NCBI GenBank assembly: GCA_016928395.1
Contig: JAFGKV010000050.1
Location: 1-36,504 of the forward strand
Source: Candidatus Fermentibacterota bacterium
GTDB taxonomy: Bacteria; JAFGKV01
DNA: 36,504 bases
Direction of reading: 5' to 3'
Made by a program: the position numbers and the translations under genes. Below, one piece after another: positions 9,328 to 18,876 of the stretch. The notes under the pieces are model-generated. The model saw only the letters and a list, made by a program, of their open reading frames with translations. It made no database searches and was not told the DNA's origin. Each line of letters opens with the position of its first letter. Position 1 is the first letter of the stretch.

Positions 9328-9897
9328 CTAGGTTTTCCTTGACACGCGCTCCACGTAGCGCCCGTCTCGAGTGTCGATCTTCAGGATATCCCCCTTCTCC
9401 AAGAAGAGTGGAACCTGCACGACGAGACCTGTTTCCATGGTCGCATTCTTCGTCGCGCCCGTCGCGGTGTCGCCTCGCACTCCAGGCTCCGTTTCCGCAA
9501 TGGCCAGCTCTACGAACATGGGTGGTTCGACGATGTAGACTCGATCCCCTGACATGGCGACATAGATCTCCTCGTTTTCGCGCAAGTACCGGGCCGCGTC
9601 ACCTATAACCTCTGCGCCAACAGTGATCTGATCATACGTTCCCATGTCCATCATGTGAAAGATATCACCGGCCCGGTAAAGGAACTGCATCTTACGTCGT
9701 TCGACTCGGATCTCTTCTATCTTCTCGCCCGAACGGAACGTCACGTCCTGAACCCGGCCGCTGGTGAGGTTTTTGATCCGTGTCCGAACGAAGGCATTAC
9801 CCTTTCCCGGCTTCACGTGCTGGAACTCGACCACGAGCCAGGGCTCGCCGCTGAACACCATGACCATTCCGTTGCGTATGTCGGATGTCGTTGCCAC
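9328..9897 (-). CDS. efp: Elongation factor P
   Basis: FQHVKPGKGNAFVRTR, EPGVRGDTA, VQVPLF, DTRDGRY; conserved efp-accB-accC order. Confidence 0.98.
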   Translation of the reverse strand: MATTSDIRNGMVMVFSGEPWLVVEFQHVKPGKGNAFVRTRIKNLTSGRVQDVTFRSGEKIEEIRVERRKMQFLYRAGDIFHMMDMGTYDQITVGAEVIGDAARYLRENEEIYVAMSGDRVYIVEPPMFVELAIAETEPGVRGDTATGATKNATMETGLVVQVPLFLEKGDILKIDTRDGRYVERVSRKT

Positions 9898-9921
9898 CGC
9901 GTACTCCGTCTTCCTCTGAGA

Positions 9922-10950
9922 TTAGTGCATGCCGTAGTTCGCCCCAGGCGCGTTGGCGCCTGGCGGGGAGACTACGAATGTTTCCGCAACCATGTCAAGC
10001 TGTGTCATAACATAGAACTTCGGTCGGTCCGGCGCAAAGGTTACCAAGTCGATGAGGTAGAAACGCTGTTGTTCCTCAACCACGAAACAGATCGTACGAA
10101 AAGGGCCGCCGGCGGTGTACTTCTGGTTCGTCCATGCACCGCGTATCTCGATGGCGGGGTACCCCAGGAACTCAACCGGGGAGTAGTGGGTTCGGGAATC
10201 GTCGATCTCATCTTCGTCATAGTGGCGCCAGGCCAGGTCTCGCCTGGTGCGCACGCAGAATTCGGGGCTCACCGAATCCTCGGCCCAGTCCTCCCAGTAA
10301 ACCGACACGTGACGGTCGGGATCAGTCTTCACGAAATGGACCCAGCGCTCCTCAGGTTTCTCCTCCATGCCCCACGGGCGAGGAACTCGGATGGACCATC
10401 CATACCGAGATGTCAGCTCGCGAACGAGGCGGTTGTCCTCTCCTCGAACATAGAGCCGTTCACGCACAACTGTTCGGTACCGATCAAAGAAGTCATCGTA
10501 CAGCATTCCGACCACCGTGGAGGCCAGACTATCCAGCTCGCTTGCGGTGTGTGCCACCAGCACGTAGGCGACTTGATGGGAGGCCCATGGTTCGAGAAGA
10601 CGGGTGAACGGAGCCTCCTCTGCGAGAACCGAAAGGTCCTTGCCGGTGAGGGCCGATACCATGTCTGTCACCGGACCCCTGCCATCCAAGGTGGCAAGGA
10701 ACACAAGGAGAGGCCTGCGTCGGATTGTCTCAATGGCATCCACAGAGAGATGGTGGACCCAGAACACTGATTCCTCGTCCAGGAGCAGCACCTTTCGCTC
10801 CAACCCCTCCACCAAAGCAGACTCGGCGGCGACCCAGGCCCGTTCATCGGCCATGACCGTCACCTCGCGGAAATCGCCACCGGCTCGCGGCTTGCTGCAC
10901 CCTGTAAGGGACAGTGCCACGAAGAGGATGCACAGCACGAAATCACGCAT
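9922..10950 (-). CDS. DUF4837-like lipoprotein
   Basis: Lipobox LTGC after a hydrophobic leader, PWASHQ, and C-terminal RGAW...AGGPF...FAP..PK motifs. Start is at 10950 or 10956. Confidence 0.75.
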   Translation of the reverse strand: MRDFVLCILFVALSLTGCSKPRAGGDFREVTVMADERAWVAAESALVEGLERKVLLLDEESVFWVHHLSVDAIETIRRRPLLVFLATLDGRGPVTDMVSALTGKDLSVLAEEAPFTRLLEPWASHQVAYVLVAHTASELDSLASTVVGMLYDDFFDRYRTVVRERLYVRGEDNRLVRELTSRYGWSIRVPRPWGMEEKPEERWVHFVKTDPDRHVSVYWEDWAEDSVSPEFCVRTRRDLAWRHYDEDEIDDSRTHYSPVEFLGYPAIEIRGAWTNQKYTAGGPFRTICFVVEEQQRFYLIDLVTFAPDRPKFYVMTQLDMVAETFVVSPPGANAPGANYGMH

Positions 10951-11764
10951 CGCCATTTTCCCTTCGTTCCAGCACCTTGCTGGCCTGCTCGAGGATAGAC
11001 CGCTCTCGGTCAGTGAGTGACGATATGCCTATATCGGATATCTTGTCCAGAATACGATCCACTTCACCGGGTTCCGCACCAACTCCACCGCGCGCACCTG
11101 GGTCCCGTGGAGACGGTACCACCGATAGCCGTGGTCGAACAGGCCATTTGCGATGTCGCGGGCCGGCGAAAAGCACCCTCCGATAGGCCACGGCAAGCCA
11201 GATTGCTCCTGTGAACAGCCCCGCAAGGTGCGCCACGTAGGCGACACCTCCCTGGCCCTCCGCGAACAGCACCAGTTGCAGTCCCGCCAGCACGATCATG
11301 AAGTACTTGGCCTTCATGGGAAAGATGAGCATGAACGCAACCCTTCGTTCCGGGAAGAGCACGGCAAAGGCGAGTAGAATACCGAAGATTGCGCCCGACG
11401 CCCCGACGGTGACCGTCTGGCTGCTCGGGGACATAAGCACCGTGCCGACCGCAGCACCGAAGGCGCAGGTCACGTAGTACGCCACAAGCCTTCCTGAGCC
11501 CCACATGATCTCGATCTCGGTGCCGAACATCCATAGTACGAGCATGTTCCACAACAGATGCATGGGTCCCGCGTGCTGCAGCGCATAGGTGACCAGTTGC
11601 CAGAGTGCGCCGCCGGATACCACCATAGCCGGCACGAGGCCGAAGACCCCATCCCACCTATGTCCCGTAAGCACTTGGAACAGGTACACCGTCGCGGTGG
11701 CCAGGATAAGGCGCCGGACCATAGGCGGAAAGGATACGGCCAATCTGATTTGGTATCTCTTCAT
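10943..11764 (-). CDS. Rhomboid intramembrane serine protease with C-terminal DUF6576-like tail
   Basis: WQLVTY.LQH, HLLWNML.LW.FG, GASGAIFG (catalytic Ser), AHLAG (catalytic His), tail EVDRILDKIS..G..SLT..ER..L. Start reassigned to MKRYQIR (11764). Confidence 0.93.
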   Translation of the reverse strand: MKRYQIRLAVSFPPMVRRLILATATVYLFQVLTGHRWDGVFGLVPAMVVSGGALWQLVTYALQHAGPMHLLWNMLVLWMFGTEIEIMWGSGRLVAYYVTCAFGAAVGTVLMSPSSQTVTVGASGAIFGILLAFAVLFPERRVAFMLIFPMKAKYFMIVLAGLQLVLFAEGQGGVAYVAHLAGLFTGAIWLAVAYRRVLFAGPRHRKWPVRPRLSVVPSPRDPGARGGVGAEPGEVDRILDKISDIGISSLTDRERSILEQASKVLERRENGDA

Positions 11765-11769
11765 CGCCG

Positions 11770-12762
11770 TCACGATGCGCCTCCCTCCTCGGCGGCAATC
11801 GAAGCGGATCGTTTCATTGCATGACGAAGTGGGAAGAGAAACACCCCACCGACCGCCACGGCGTACCACAGAGTAGCCGCCCGAACCACCAGGGTTGCCG
11901 CCACCGCTTCGCTTCGGGGCACACCCGATGCACTCAGCAGGCCGGCCACCGTGAGCTCGGTCGCACCAAGGCCGCCAGGAAGCATGCTCACTGCCCCAAT
12001 GACCGCGGCCAGTGCGTAGATGCCCGTGAGTTTGCCCAGGCCCAACGCACCGTAGCCCAGACCCGCCACTATGAGCCAGAAACCAACGCACTCACAGAAC
12101 CATGCAGGCACGGAAAGGAGGCTGGTGAGCAGCAGTGGTCTCGGTTTCACCAGTGCTCGAGCCGCCTTCAGACTCTGGTCGAGCTTGAGCGCCCCGGGAG
12201 CGAGCCGTTTGAACCTGGTAATCTGGCGAACGAGCAAGCTGCTCAAACGATCGATGCTCAGAATGCTCACGATTCCGGCCACCAACCCCACGCCGATTGC
12301 CAATGCAGCGGTGGCGCCCGTAAGCGCGTAGCCACCTGCGGCGGCCAATACCATGAGCGCCACCAGATCTGTAAGACGCTCGACCACAACGGCAGGCGCC
12401 GTCATGCTGACGGGAGCACCGTAGAGCCGCTTGAGCAAGAACGATTTGAGCACTTCTCCCATCTTACCTGGCGTGATCGACATCACCAAGCCTGCCATGA
12501 AGACGAGCAGGCTGCCCTTTCGTGGTACCCGAAACCCGAGATGCCTTAAGAAGTAGTGCCACTTCTCGAAGCGGATGAGATAGTTGAGAGATGCCAGACC
12601 CAATACCGCCGGCACAATGTGCCATGAAAGGCCGTAGAGTGCACCCCGAAGCCTGCCGTAGTCTGCCACGAAGGCAAGGGCCGCGTATACCAGCGCACCG
12701 AACACGACCCCCACAACCGCGCGCCCTAGGAAGTTGGGTGGGTGACGGATCGCGTCAGCCAT
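11770..12762 (-). CDS. Lysylphosphatidylglycerol-synthase-TM / flippase-like membrane protein (UPF0104)
   Basis: LIRFEKWHY.L, ITPGKMGEVLK, VERLTDL, PGGLGATE, VRAATLW, multiple TM helices. Start reassigned to 12762. Confidence 0.9.
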   Translation of the reverse strand: MADAIRHPPNFLGRAVVGVVFGALVYAALAFVADYGRLRGALYGLSWHIVPAVLGLASLNYLIRFEKWHYFLRHLGFRVPRKGSLLVFMAGLVMSITPGKMGEVLKSFLLKRLYGAPVSMTAPAVVVERLTDLVALMVLAAAGGYALTGATAALAIGVGLVAGIVSILSIDRLSSLLVRQITRFKRLAPGALKLDQSLKAARALVKPRPLLLTSLLSVPAWFCECVGFWLIVAGLGYGALGLGKLTGIYALAAVIGAVSMLPGGLGATELTVAGLLSASGVPRSEAVAATLVVRAATLWYAVAVGGVFLFPLRHAMKRSASIAAEEGGAS

Positions 12763-13219
12763 GCGAGGGGACAAGGCCTCGTTTTTCGATAAACTCGAGC
12801 TCTTCCAGGGCCAATACCTTGCAGTTGGATCGTTTGGCGTCATCACCGAACGCCGTCATGACACGCCTGAACCCCTCGCGAGCTTCCAGGATATCCCCCT
12901 TACGGTACCGGACCCGAGCCAGGTAGTACTCGGCGTCATCGGCCCACTCACCCCCCGGCACGGCCTCTCGCGCAGCCTCCAAGGTTCGTTCCGCATCCTC
13001 GAGGCGGTTCTGTTTGAATTCGACACAACCCCTGAGCATGAGGGCCTTCTGGCACCACGGGGAGCGAGCATGCGACTGGGCGATGCCATGAAGCAGGCTC
13101 TCGGCTTCCGCCCACTTGCCTTTCGACATAAGCTTCTCTGCTCTGTAGAGACCCACACGGGGAGCGCATCCTGCAATCATGGACACTCCGATGACGCACA
13201 CGATAGTCTTTCGTACCAT
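12755..13219 (-). CDS. TPR-repeat lipoprotein (BamD/CpoB-like fold)
   Basis: MVRKTIVCVIGVSMIAGC lipobox; TPR motifs SPW.QKAL..RG...F and WADDAEYYLARVRY..GD...A...F. Start reassigned to 13219. Confidence 0.8.
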   Translation of the reverse strand: MVRKTIVCVIGVSMIAGCAPRVGLYRAEKLMSKGKWAEAESLLHGIAQSHARSPWCQKALMLRGCVEFKQNRLEDAERTLEAAREAVPGGEWADDAEYYLARVRYRKGDILEAREGFRRVMTAFGDDAKRSNCKVLALEELEFIEKRGLVPSHG

Positions 13220-13220
13220 T

Positions 13221-13997
13221 TCATGCCTCGCTTGGTGGTAGGCTACAACTAATGGTTGGCTCCTTTCGGCGCAAGGTTCCCCGCCGGCGCATGTGTACCG
13301 ATTCCATCGGACGAAGAGAGCCCTTCGCAAGATCCATGGTCAGCACCAGCCAGAAGGCCTGATTGCGCTTAGGGTCTGGACGAGCGGCCCCATGGGATGA
13401 GTCAACCTTGAAGCCCAATCGCTCGTACTTTTCGAGCATCCGCGCTCGCGAGGTCATTACCACCCCGTGGATTCGAAAGACCCCATGCGAAGCGAAATGG
13501 TCAAAGGCCCTGTGCATCAGTGCACGAGAGAGGGTGGTGCGACCTCGACAGGCCGGGGCAGTGTTGATGTGTACGTGGCCTGGATATCGGCGCCACGGCA
13601 CCTTGAGGCAACCGCTTCGGACATAGGAGATGCCAAGGTTCATAAGGCGTGGGAGGCCTTTCCACGGCAGGGCATACCTTCCCGTCACGATTCCCCCCAG
13701 AGCCGGCAGCACGACGTGCCGACGCCACACTCGTCGATAGCGCGCGGTATTGAGACACGCGAAGACATAGCCGAGCACCTCGTCTTTGTCGCGCGCGACG
13801 AACACCGATGAGGGCTCGAAGTCGGTGTAGTAACGGGTGAATAGATCGGCGAACAGCTCACGATCCAGATCGATCCACCTCTCCAGCGGTTGTCCGGCAT
13901 AGGCGACATCGCAGCAGAGTCGACGGATCTGCTCACGGTCGCCGGATCGATAGGGTGATACGTCTATGGCTCGCATACCGAGAACCTGGCCATCCAC
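13221..13997 (-). CDS. GNAT-family N-acetyltransferase
   Basis: YYTDFEPSSVFVA...VLGYV, YPGHVHINTAP.CRGR, YERLGF. Confidence 0.85.
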   Translation of the reverse strand: MDGQVLGMRAIDVSPYRSGDREQIRRLCCDVAYAGQPLERWIDLDRELFADLFTRYYTDFEPSSVFVARDKDEVLGYVFACLNTARYRRVWRRHVVLPALGGIVTGRYALPWKGLPRLMNLGISYVRSGCLKVPWRRYPGHVHINTAPACRGRTTLSRALMHRAFDHFASHGVFRIHGVVMTSRARMLEKYERLGFKVDSSHGAARPDPKRNQAFWLVLTMDLAKGSLRPMESVHMRRRGTLRRKEPTISCSLPPSEA

Positions 13998-15121
13998 ATT
14001 CCCTCGAGAATATCCGCCACATCGCGTGCTGCCTGAGGCCTGCCGTGACGTCGGATTCGCCGACCCATGCGTCTCACGAGTCGAGGCCTTTTCGCCAGTT
14101 CCGCAACAATATCAGCGACGTGTGCGGCATCGGAAACCCGGAAGGCCGAGCCCTCACGAACCAGCACTTCCTGATTTGCCTCTTCGTGTCCTGGAAGGGG
14201 ATCGACCAGAAGCGTCGGAAGGCCCACGCTGGCCGTCTCCGCCAGAGTCAGACCCCCGGGTTTGGTTATGCATATGTCGCTGGCGGTCATCAGATCGTGG
14301 ATCCTTTCGGTGAATCCAAACACCGCAATCCGCTCGTCCAGGGATGACAGGCGAGACAAGAGCCTGCGGTTCGAGCCCGCGACTACCACCGTGTGAATGG
14401 CGGCATCCACGCCGCGCAAGCCAGCTACGACCTCTTCGATGGGACCGATACCCAAACCGCCACCCATGAGCAGAGCCCGAAACGGCGCCGCCGGAAGACC
14501 AAGGCGGTGCTCTGCATCCTCCCGGCTCGCCGTTTCGCCGAACCGGGGATCGATGGGTATGCCAGTGAGATCCACGGCACTCCGCGATACACCCCTGGCG
14601 ATCAGAGCTTTACGCATCTCCGGGCGTCCCACGAAATACCGGTCGGTACCCGGCATGCACCAGAATGGATGGAAGTGATGGTCGGTCACAAGAATGGAAA
14701 GCAGGGCGTCCGACATCCCCGCGGCCCGACACAGGACGCTGGTGAGCGGATGCGTCGAGACCCAGACACCGGCGGTCTCCCCAAGGAATCGTGCGAGTCG
14801 TTGGCCGCCCAGCTTGGCGCAGGTGACGGCAACTGCCAACCCGCGATCGCTGACGCCTGGCCTCTTCCCCCTTGCGTAAGCGAAACGAAAGGCCCATGGC
14901 GCCTTGGTGATGAGCGCGAGGTAGCCGTTCACGAGGGTTGTGACGAGGCGAGGAGGCAGATAGTCACCCAATCCTACCACGCGCAAGGGGGCGGCCCTGG
15001 CACGAGTGCTCCACGCATGGGTGATGGCTTCAGCGGTGCGGGTGTGTGCCGCCCCGAAGGGCACGGTCAACACCACGACTGGACGTGACTGCGGCATCGT
15101 GCTCACGGTGGAGACGAACAC
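13964..15121 (-). CDS. GT28 MGDG-synthase/UgtP-like diacylglycerol glycosyltransferase
   Basis: FGAAH..TA, VSTHP, VTDHHFHPFW, TGIPIDPRF, MGGGLGIG, ITKPGGLTLAE, PLPGHEEAN. The start may be slightly downstream (MPQSRP). Confidence 0.9.
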   Translation of the reverse strand: MFVSTVSTMPQSRPVVVLTVPFGAAHTRTAEAITHAWSTRARAAPLRVVGLGDYLPPRLVTTLVNGYLALITKAPWAFRFAYARGKRPGVSDRGLAVAVTCAKLGGQRLARFLGETAGVWVSTHPLTSVLCRAAGMSDALLSILVTDHHFHPFWCMPGTDRYFVGRPEMRKALIARGVSRSAVDLTGIPIDPRFGETASREDAEHRLGLPAAPFRALLMGGGLGIGPIEEVVAGLRGVDAAIHTVVVAGSNRRLLSRLSSLDERIAVFGFTERIHDLMTASDICITKPGGLTLAETASVGLPTLLVDPLPGHEEANQEVLVREGSAFRVSDAAHVADIVAELAKRPRLVRRMGRRIRRHGRPQAARDVADILEGMWMARFSVCEP

Positions 15122-15221
15122 GCGCCTGCCGTGTCGAGCCGAGGCGCGAAGTTCCCTGCGGCGGCCGCTCTAACCTGGAATGACTCTCCCCATCGACTCA
15201 CGACGGGGTTCGCTGCCCGCC

Positions 15222-16370
15222 TCACCCGCGGGATGACTCGGGTTTGTTCCAGATGGGATGCACCTTCCCCGTGAGGGACTTGACCCATCCGACCAGTGCC
15301 GCCGCATTGACGAGGAGGAAGTAGAAGGGAAGGCTGAAGACGCGGCTTCGTTTGCCTGCCCGCTGGAGCAGCCCCCCTAGCAGGCCCGCGGCGAGGAATG
15401 CCGCCACGACAATACCCAGGCCCACGTATCGACCTCGCATGACCAACACCGTCAGCGAGAAGCCGAATGTCAGAAGGAAGAAAGGCACCATCCACCGTAT
15501 GACCTTGTGACTCATGATGCGCCATGCCATGAGTCCGGAACGGAACGGGTTGAGCAGGTGGAGGTGGCGGGTCAGAGTTCTCAGTGCGGTAGCCACGATT
15601 CTGTTTTTCCGACGGAACTCCTCGGACGCCACCGTCGTTGTGCTCTCGAATGCCAGCGCGTGCGGCTCCGAGACGATTCTGTACCCTTGGGAATGGACGT
15701 TCAAGCTGATGAGAAAATCGTCACTCAGTTCATCTTGGACGGGAACGAAGAGCCGTGTCCGAATCGCATAGATGGCCCCGTCTGCTCCCGCCACCGAGCC
15801 CGAGAGGCTCTCACATCGCTTCAGATACTCCTCCAGCGTCCAGTAGAGGCGTTCGCCCCGGGCGGTGGCGGCGGGACAGCTGTTTCGGTAGATCTTCCTC
15901 CCACACACACACCCGACCTCGGGGTCAGCGAAGTTGCTGACCAGCTCGCTGATGGCATTGGGCGCGAACATCACGTTGGCATCGCAGAGGACCACAACCT
16001 CCGTGGCAACATGGGGCACCACCGAATTCAGTGCGCGGGTCTTACCTCCCCGCCGGGAAAGTCGCTCAAGAACGACGCCGCGGGACGCATAGTCTCCCAC
16101 GATGGTGTCGGTTGCATCGGTGCTGGCATCGGAGACGACCATCACGTGGAGTCTTTCGTGGGGATAGGTCAGGGAGAGGGAGTTCTCGATCTTCTCGCGA
16201 ATCACCTTTTCTTCATTGTGCGCAGGGATGACAAGAGTGACCTCCGGTTCAAAGCCAGTGTCCTTGTGAACCCGTCTATTGCGAAGCAATCCCAGGGCGG
16301 TAATACAGAGGGGATAGCCCGCATATGCATACACCGTAAGCAGTAGACTCGCGAGCAGAAGCGTTTCCAT
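15222..16370 (-). CDS. GT2 glycosyltransferase with N- and C-terminal TM helices
   Basis: YAYAGYP, IPAHNEE, SDASTD, GKTRALN, DAN (DxD-like), GAIYAIR, DDF, EFRRKNRI, SHKVIRW. Confidence 0.93.
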   Translation of the reverse strand: METLLLASLLLTVYAYAGYPLCITALGLLRNRRVHKDTGFEPEVTLVIPAHNEEKVIREKIENSLSLTYPHERLHVMVVSDASTDATDTIVGDYASRGVVLERLSRRGGKTRALNSVVPHVATEVVVLCDANVMFAPNAISELVSNFADPEVGCVCGRKIYRNSCPAATARGERLYWTLEEYLKRCESLSGSVAGADGAIYAIRTRLFVPVQDELSDDFLISLNVHSQGYRIVSEPHALAFESTTTVASEEFRRKNRIVATALRTLTRHLHLLNPFRSGLMAWRIMSHKVIRWMVPFFLLTFGFSLTVLVMRGRYVGLGIVVAAFLAAGLLGGLLQRAGKRSRVFSLPFYFLLVNAAALVGWVKSLTGKVHPIWNKPESSRG

Positions 16371-16459
16371 GCGGCGTGTGTTTCCTGATCAGTAGCGATT
16401 CTGAATGTATTCGCGTGGGACGAAGGAGTGTACACCGGTTGGCGAGGCGGGTTTCCCCA

Positions 16460-17533
16460 CTACCGAGGCGGTACGGCACACTCATCACTCTGCAGAGAGG
16501 CCAGCCCCGGCGGTCGTATCGGCCTACAGGTGATGAAAGGCTCCAGACGCTCCACGATCTCGTCTACCTCGATGCCCATGAGGCAGTGTCGTTCAGGGCA
16601 TCCCCGCGGGAGTCTCCTGTCGCACGGCGAGCAGGAAAGGCTCCTTTTCACCACGATGCTGTGGGGTCCAACGGGCGCGTACAGCTCGGGATCCGAAGGT
16701 CCAAAGATGGCGATCGTCGGGGTCCCCACCGCTGCAGCAAGATGCAGCAGCATCCCGTCGTTTCCCACTGCGATCCGGCATCGGGAGAGCACTGCCGCCG
16801 CAGTTCCAACATCCGTAGCACCGATCAAGTCAGTAATGCCGTCATCCCCAGTTTGTGTGGTGAGCTGTCTGCCCATGTCCCCCTCGTCCGGACCACCCAG
16901 CAACACGATCTGTGCGCCTCGCCCTCGCAACCGGAGGACAAGCTCGGCAAACCTGTTCAGGGGCCAGCGTTTGTGGGCGATGTGCCTGTTGCTGCCCGGA
17001 CTGAGAGCGATCCAGCATCCGTCGGAGCCCAGCAAGTCACGGGCGTGTTCCAGTTCCATCTCGTAGGGCACAATGCGTGGAGTGACTCCTGAATTGACCC
17101 CTGCGGCCCGGCCCAGTGCCTGATTTCGTTTCACCGCGTGAGTCCGCGGGGTCACCGCGATCATGTCGGTCCATGCCCATCTCATCCAGCCGCGCCCTTC
17201 ACCTATCCGTAGAGGGGCGCGGCTGGCCATGGCCATGAGTGCCGAGTAGTAGGGGTTCATGCCGGTGGTGGTGAGCACCAGGCTGAATCGCTGGCGCATG
17301 ATCCATGGGGCAAGAGCGGCTCCCCGCGTAAGCCTGTGTGGCCATCGGGGCACATAGTCAACCACCGTGTCGGCAAGACGAAACCGGCGCGCCAAATCCG
17401 CCGGGGATCCGGCCCGCGCCAGCACCACCAGGCGGTCACTGCGGGCCCGCCGAAGCGCCTCGAGCAACGGCTGGGCCAGGAGGATGTCTCCCACACCCAA
17501 CGTGCTCATGACCAAGACCCCCGACCGCGTCAC
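16460..17533 (-). CDS. GT9 (heptosyltransferase-like) glycosyltransferase
   Basis: LGVGDILLA.P, PGS....KRWP, LLGGPDE, GND...HLAAAVGTPTIAIFGPS, CSPC...C...CL. GTG start at 17533 overlaps the upstream TGA (GTGA). Confidence 0.9.
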   Translation of the reverse strand: MTRSGVLVMSTLGVGDILLAQPLLEALRRARSDRLVVLARAGSPADLARRFRLADTVVDYVPRWPHRLTRGAALAPWIMRQRFSLVLTTTGMNPYYSALMAMASRAPLRIGEGRGWMRWAWTDMIAVTPRTHAVKRNQALGRAAGVNSGVTPRIVPYEMELEHARDLLGSDGCWIALSPGSNRHIAHKRWPLNRFAELVLRLRGRGAQIVLLGGPDEGDMGRQLTTQTGDDGITDLIGATDVGTAAAVLSRCRIAVGNDGMLLHLAAAVGTPTIAIFGPSDPELYAPVGPHSIVVKRSLSCSPCDRRLPRGCPERHCLMGIEVDEIVERLEPFITCRPIRPPGLASLQSDECAVPPR

Positions 17534-18876
17534 GGCCTGTACTCGCTTCGATCCACCAGGACCGCTTTGCCACCGGGGCCTGCGTGAAGGCGGTCGACCC
17601 GCACCAGGCGGTAGTCGATGGCATCGCCAGTTCTGATGCGCAGCGAATCCAGCAGGTTTGATGGCGCAGCCGCGCCAGCGCGGCATACGTATCGGATCTC
17701 CGCCACGCCGGGCGCGCGCGGGAAGAAGCGTAGCTCCTCAATTCCCCCTAGCTCAGCCGACCCCAGCCCGAAGCGGAGAGCAACGCGCGTACCGTCATGG
17801 GCGATGAGGTACTCGGGAGGCCTACCCTCCAGGATACTCAGGACCCGGAACGCCCGTCCGCATGCACAGCCATCGGGAGAGAATGCGGCGTGGTCTCCGG
17901 TGCGGTATCGTATGAAGGGCATGGCCCGGTTGTGAAAACCGGTGGCTACGATTTCCCCCACAGCACCCGGAAGCACCGGCTCCCCCGCCGCATCCAGAAT
18001 CTCCGCATACCCGTAGTCTTCGAAAACGTGGTAGCTCCCGTGCTCACACTGCGCCGCGGCCACTGCACGTTCGGCGTGACCGTAGAAATCCGTCGCTGTT
18101 GCTCCCAGAGTCTCCTCGATGATGGCACGGTCCTCGGGCAAGAGACTCTCGGAGCTGGTCACGATCGCGCGGAGGGGGGGAAGACTCAGTCCCCGTTCCC
18201 GCACCAAGCGCGCGAACTTGGCGGCGGCAGATGGATATGCCAATAGCGCGTGGGGTTGGAATCGAGCCATGGCGCGGACATAGGGTTCGATCGTGGCATG
18301 GGAGAGTTGAAACACCGAGAGCACCAAGGCGCGATGCTGGGGCACGACCTGCCACCATCGCGACTCAGGACCACGGGGACCATGCACGAGGCCGCCACGG
18401 AGGATGACCCTGCGGAACCCCTTCGGTAGGCCAGCCCAACGGAATAGTCGCCGGTGGAAGGCGTGTTCCCACCAGAGCGCACCCGGCCAGTCCCAGCGCA
18501 CCCCCAGCGGCACCCCCGAACGACCGGTGGTGGCGCCCCCCCGTGTTCTCCACTTCGGGAGACAATCCGACCGAAACTCATCGATTCGTTCCGAAATGGT
18601 GGACCTGTCTACGACGGGCCAGTGTTGAAGGTCTTCGACTGTGCGAAGGGGGAGCCCCCCCGGCGCATGCTCCCGATAGAACGCGACATGACGGACAGCC
18701 CGGGATAGCACGCGGTTGAGACGCTGCACCCTCTCGGCGCGAATACGCTCCCGTGTCCAGGTCTCGGCCTGCAGGACCGCGCGGCTCCGCCGCCAGAGCC
18801 CCATGGGCTCCCGCAGTGCTGAAGGAACCAGGGCGAGGGTATGCTTGGCTCCCTGCGTGACGTACCACTCTAGCAC
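17530..18876 (-). CDS. Phenylacetate-CoA-ligase-like (PaaK/CapK family) adenylate-forming enzyme
   Basis: A.RHV.FYR, variant P-loop TTGRSGVP, AYPS, YGHAE, GEIVATGFHNRAMPFIRYRTGD, CACGR, EGR. Confidence 0.9.
   Translation of the reverse strand: MLEWYVTQGAKHTLALVPSALREPMGLWRRSRAVLQAETWTRERIRAERVQRLNRVLSRAVRHVAFYREHAPGGLPLRTVEDLQHWPVVDRSTISERIDEFRSDCLPKWRTRGGATTGRSGVPLGVRWDWPGALWWEHAFHRRLFRWAGLPKGFRRVILRGGLVHGPRGPESRWWQVVPQHRALVLSVFQLSHATIEPYVRAMARFQPHALLAYPSAAAKFARLVRERGLSLPPLRAIVTSSESLLPEDRAIIEETLGATATDFYGHAERAVAAAQCEHGSYHVFEDYGYAEILDAAGEPVLPGAVGEIVATGFHNRAMPFIRYRTGDHAAFSPDGCACGRAFRVLSILEGRPPEYLIAHDGTRVALRFGLGSAELGGIEELRFFPRAPGVAEIRYVCRAGAAAPSNLLDSLRIRTGDAIDYRLVRVDRLHAGPGGKAVLVDRSEYRP

Noticed and set aside
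9655-10770. 371-aa plus-strand ORF
   Set aside because: Antisense shadow of the DUF4837 lipoprotein and efp; no motifs, and typical of GC-rich DNA.
15103-15525. 140-aa minus-strand ORF
   Set aside because: Out-of-frame overlap with the 3' end of the GT2; Arg/Gly/Pro-rich with no motifs.
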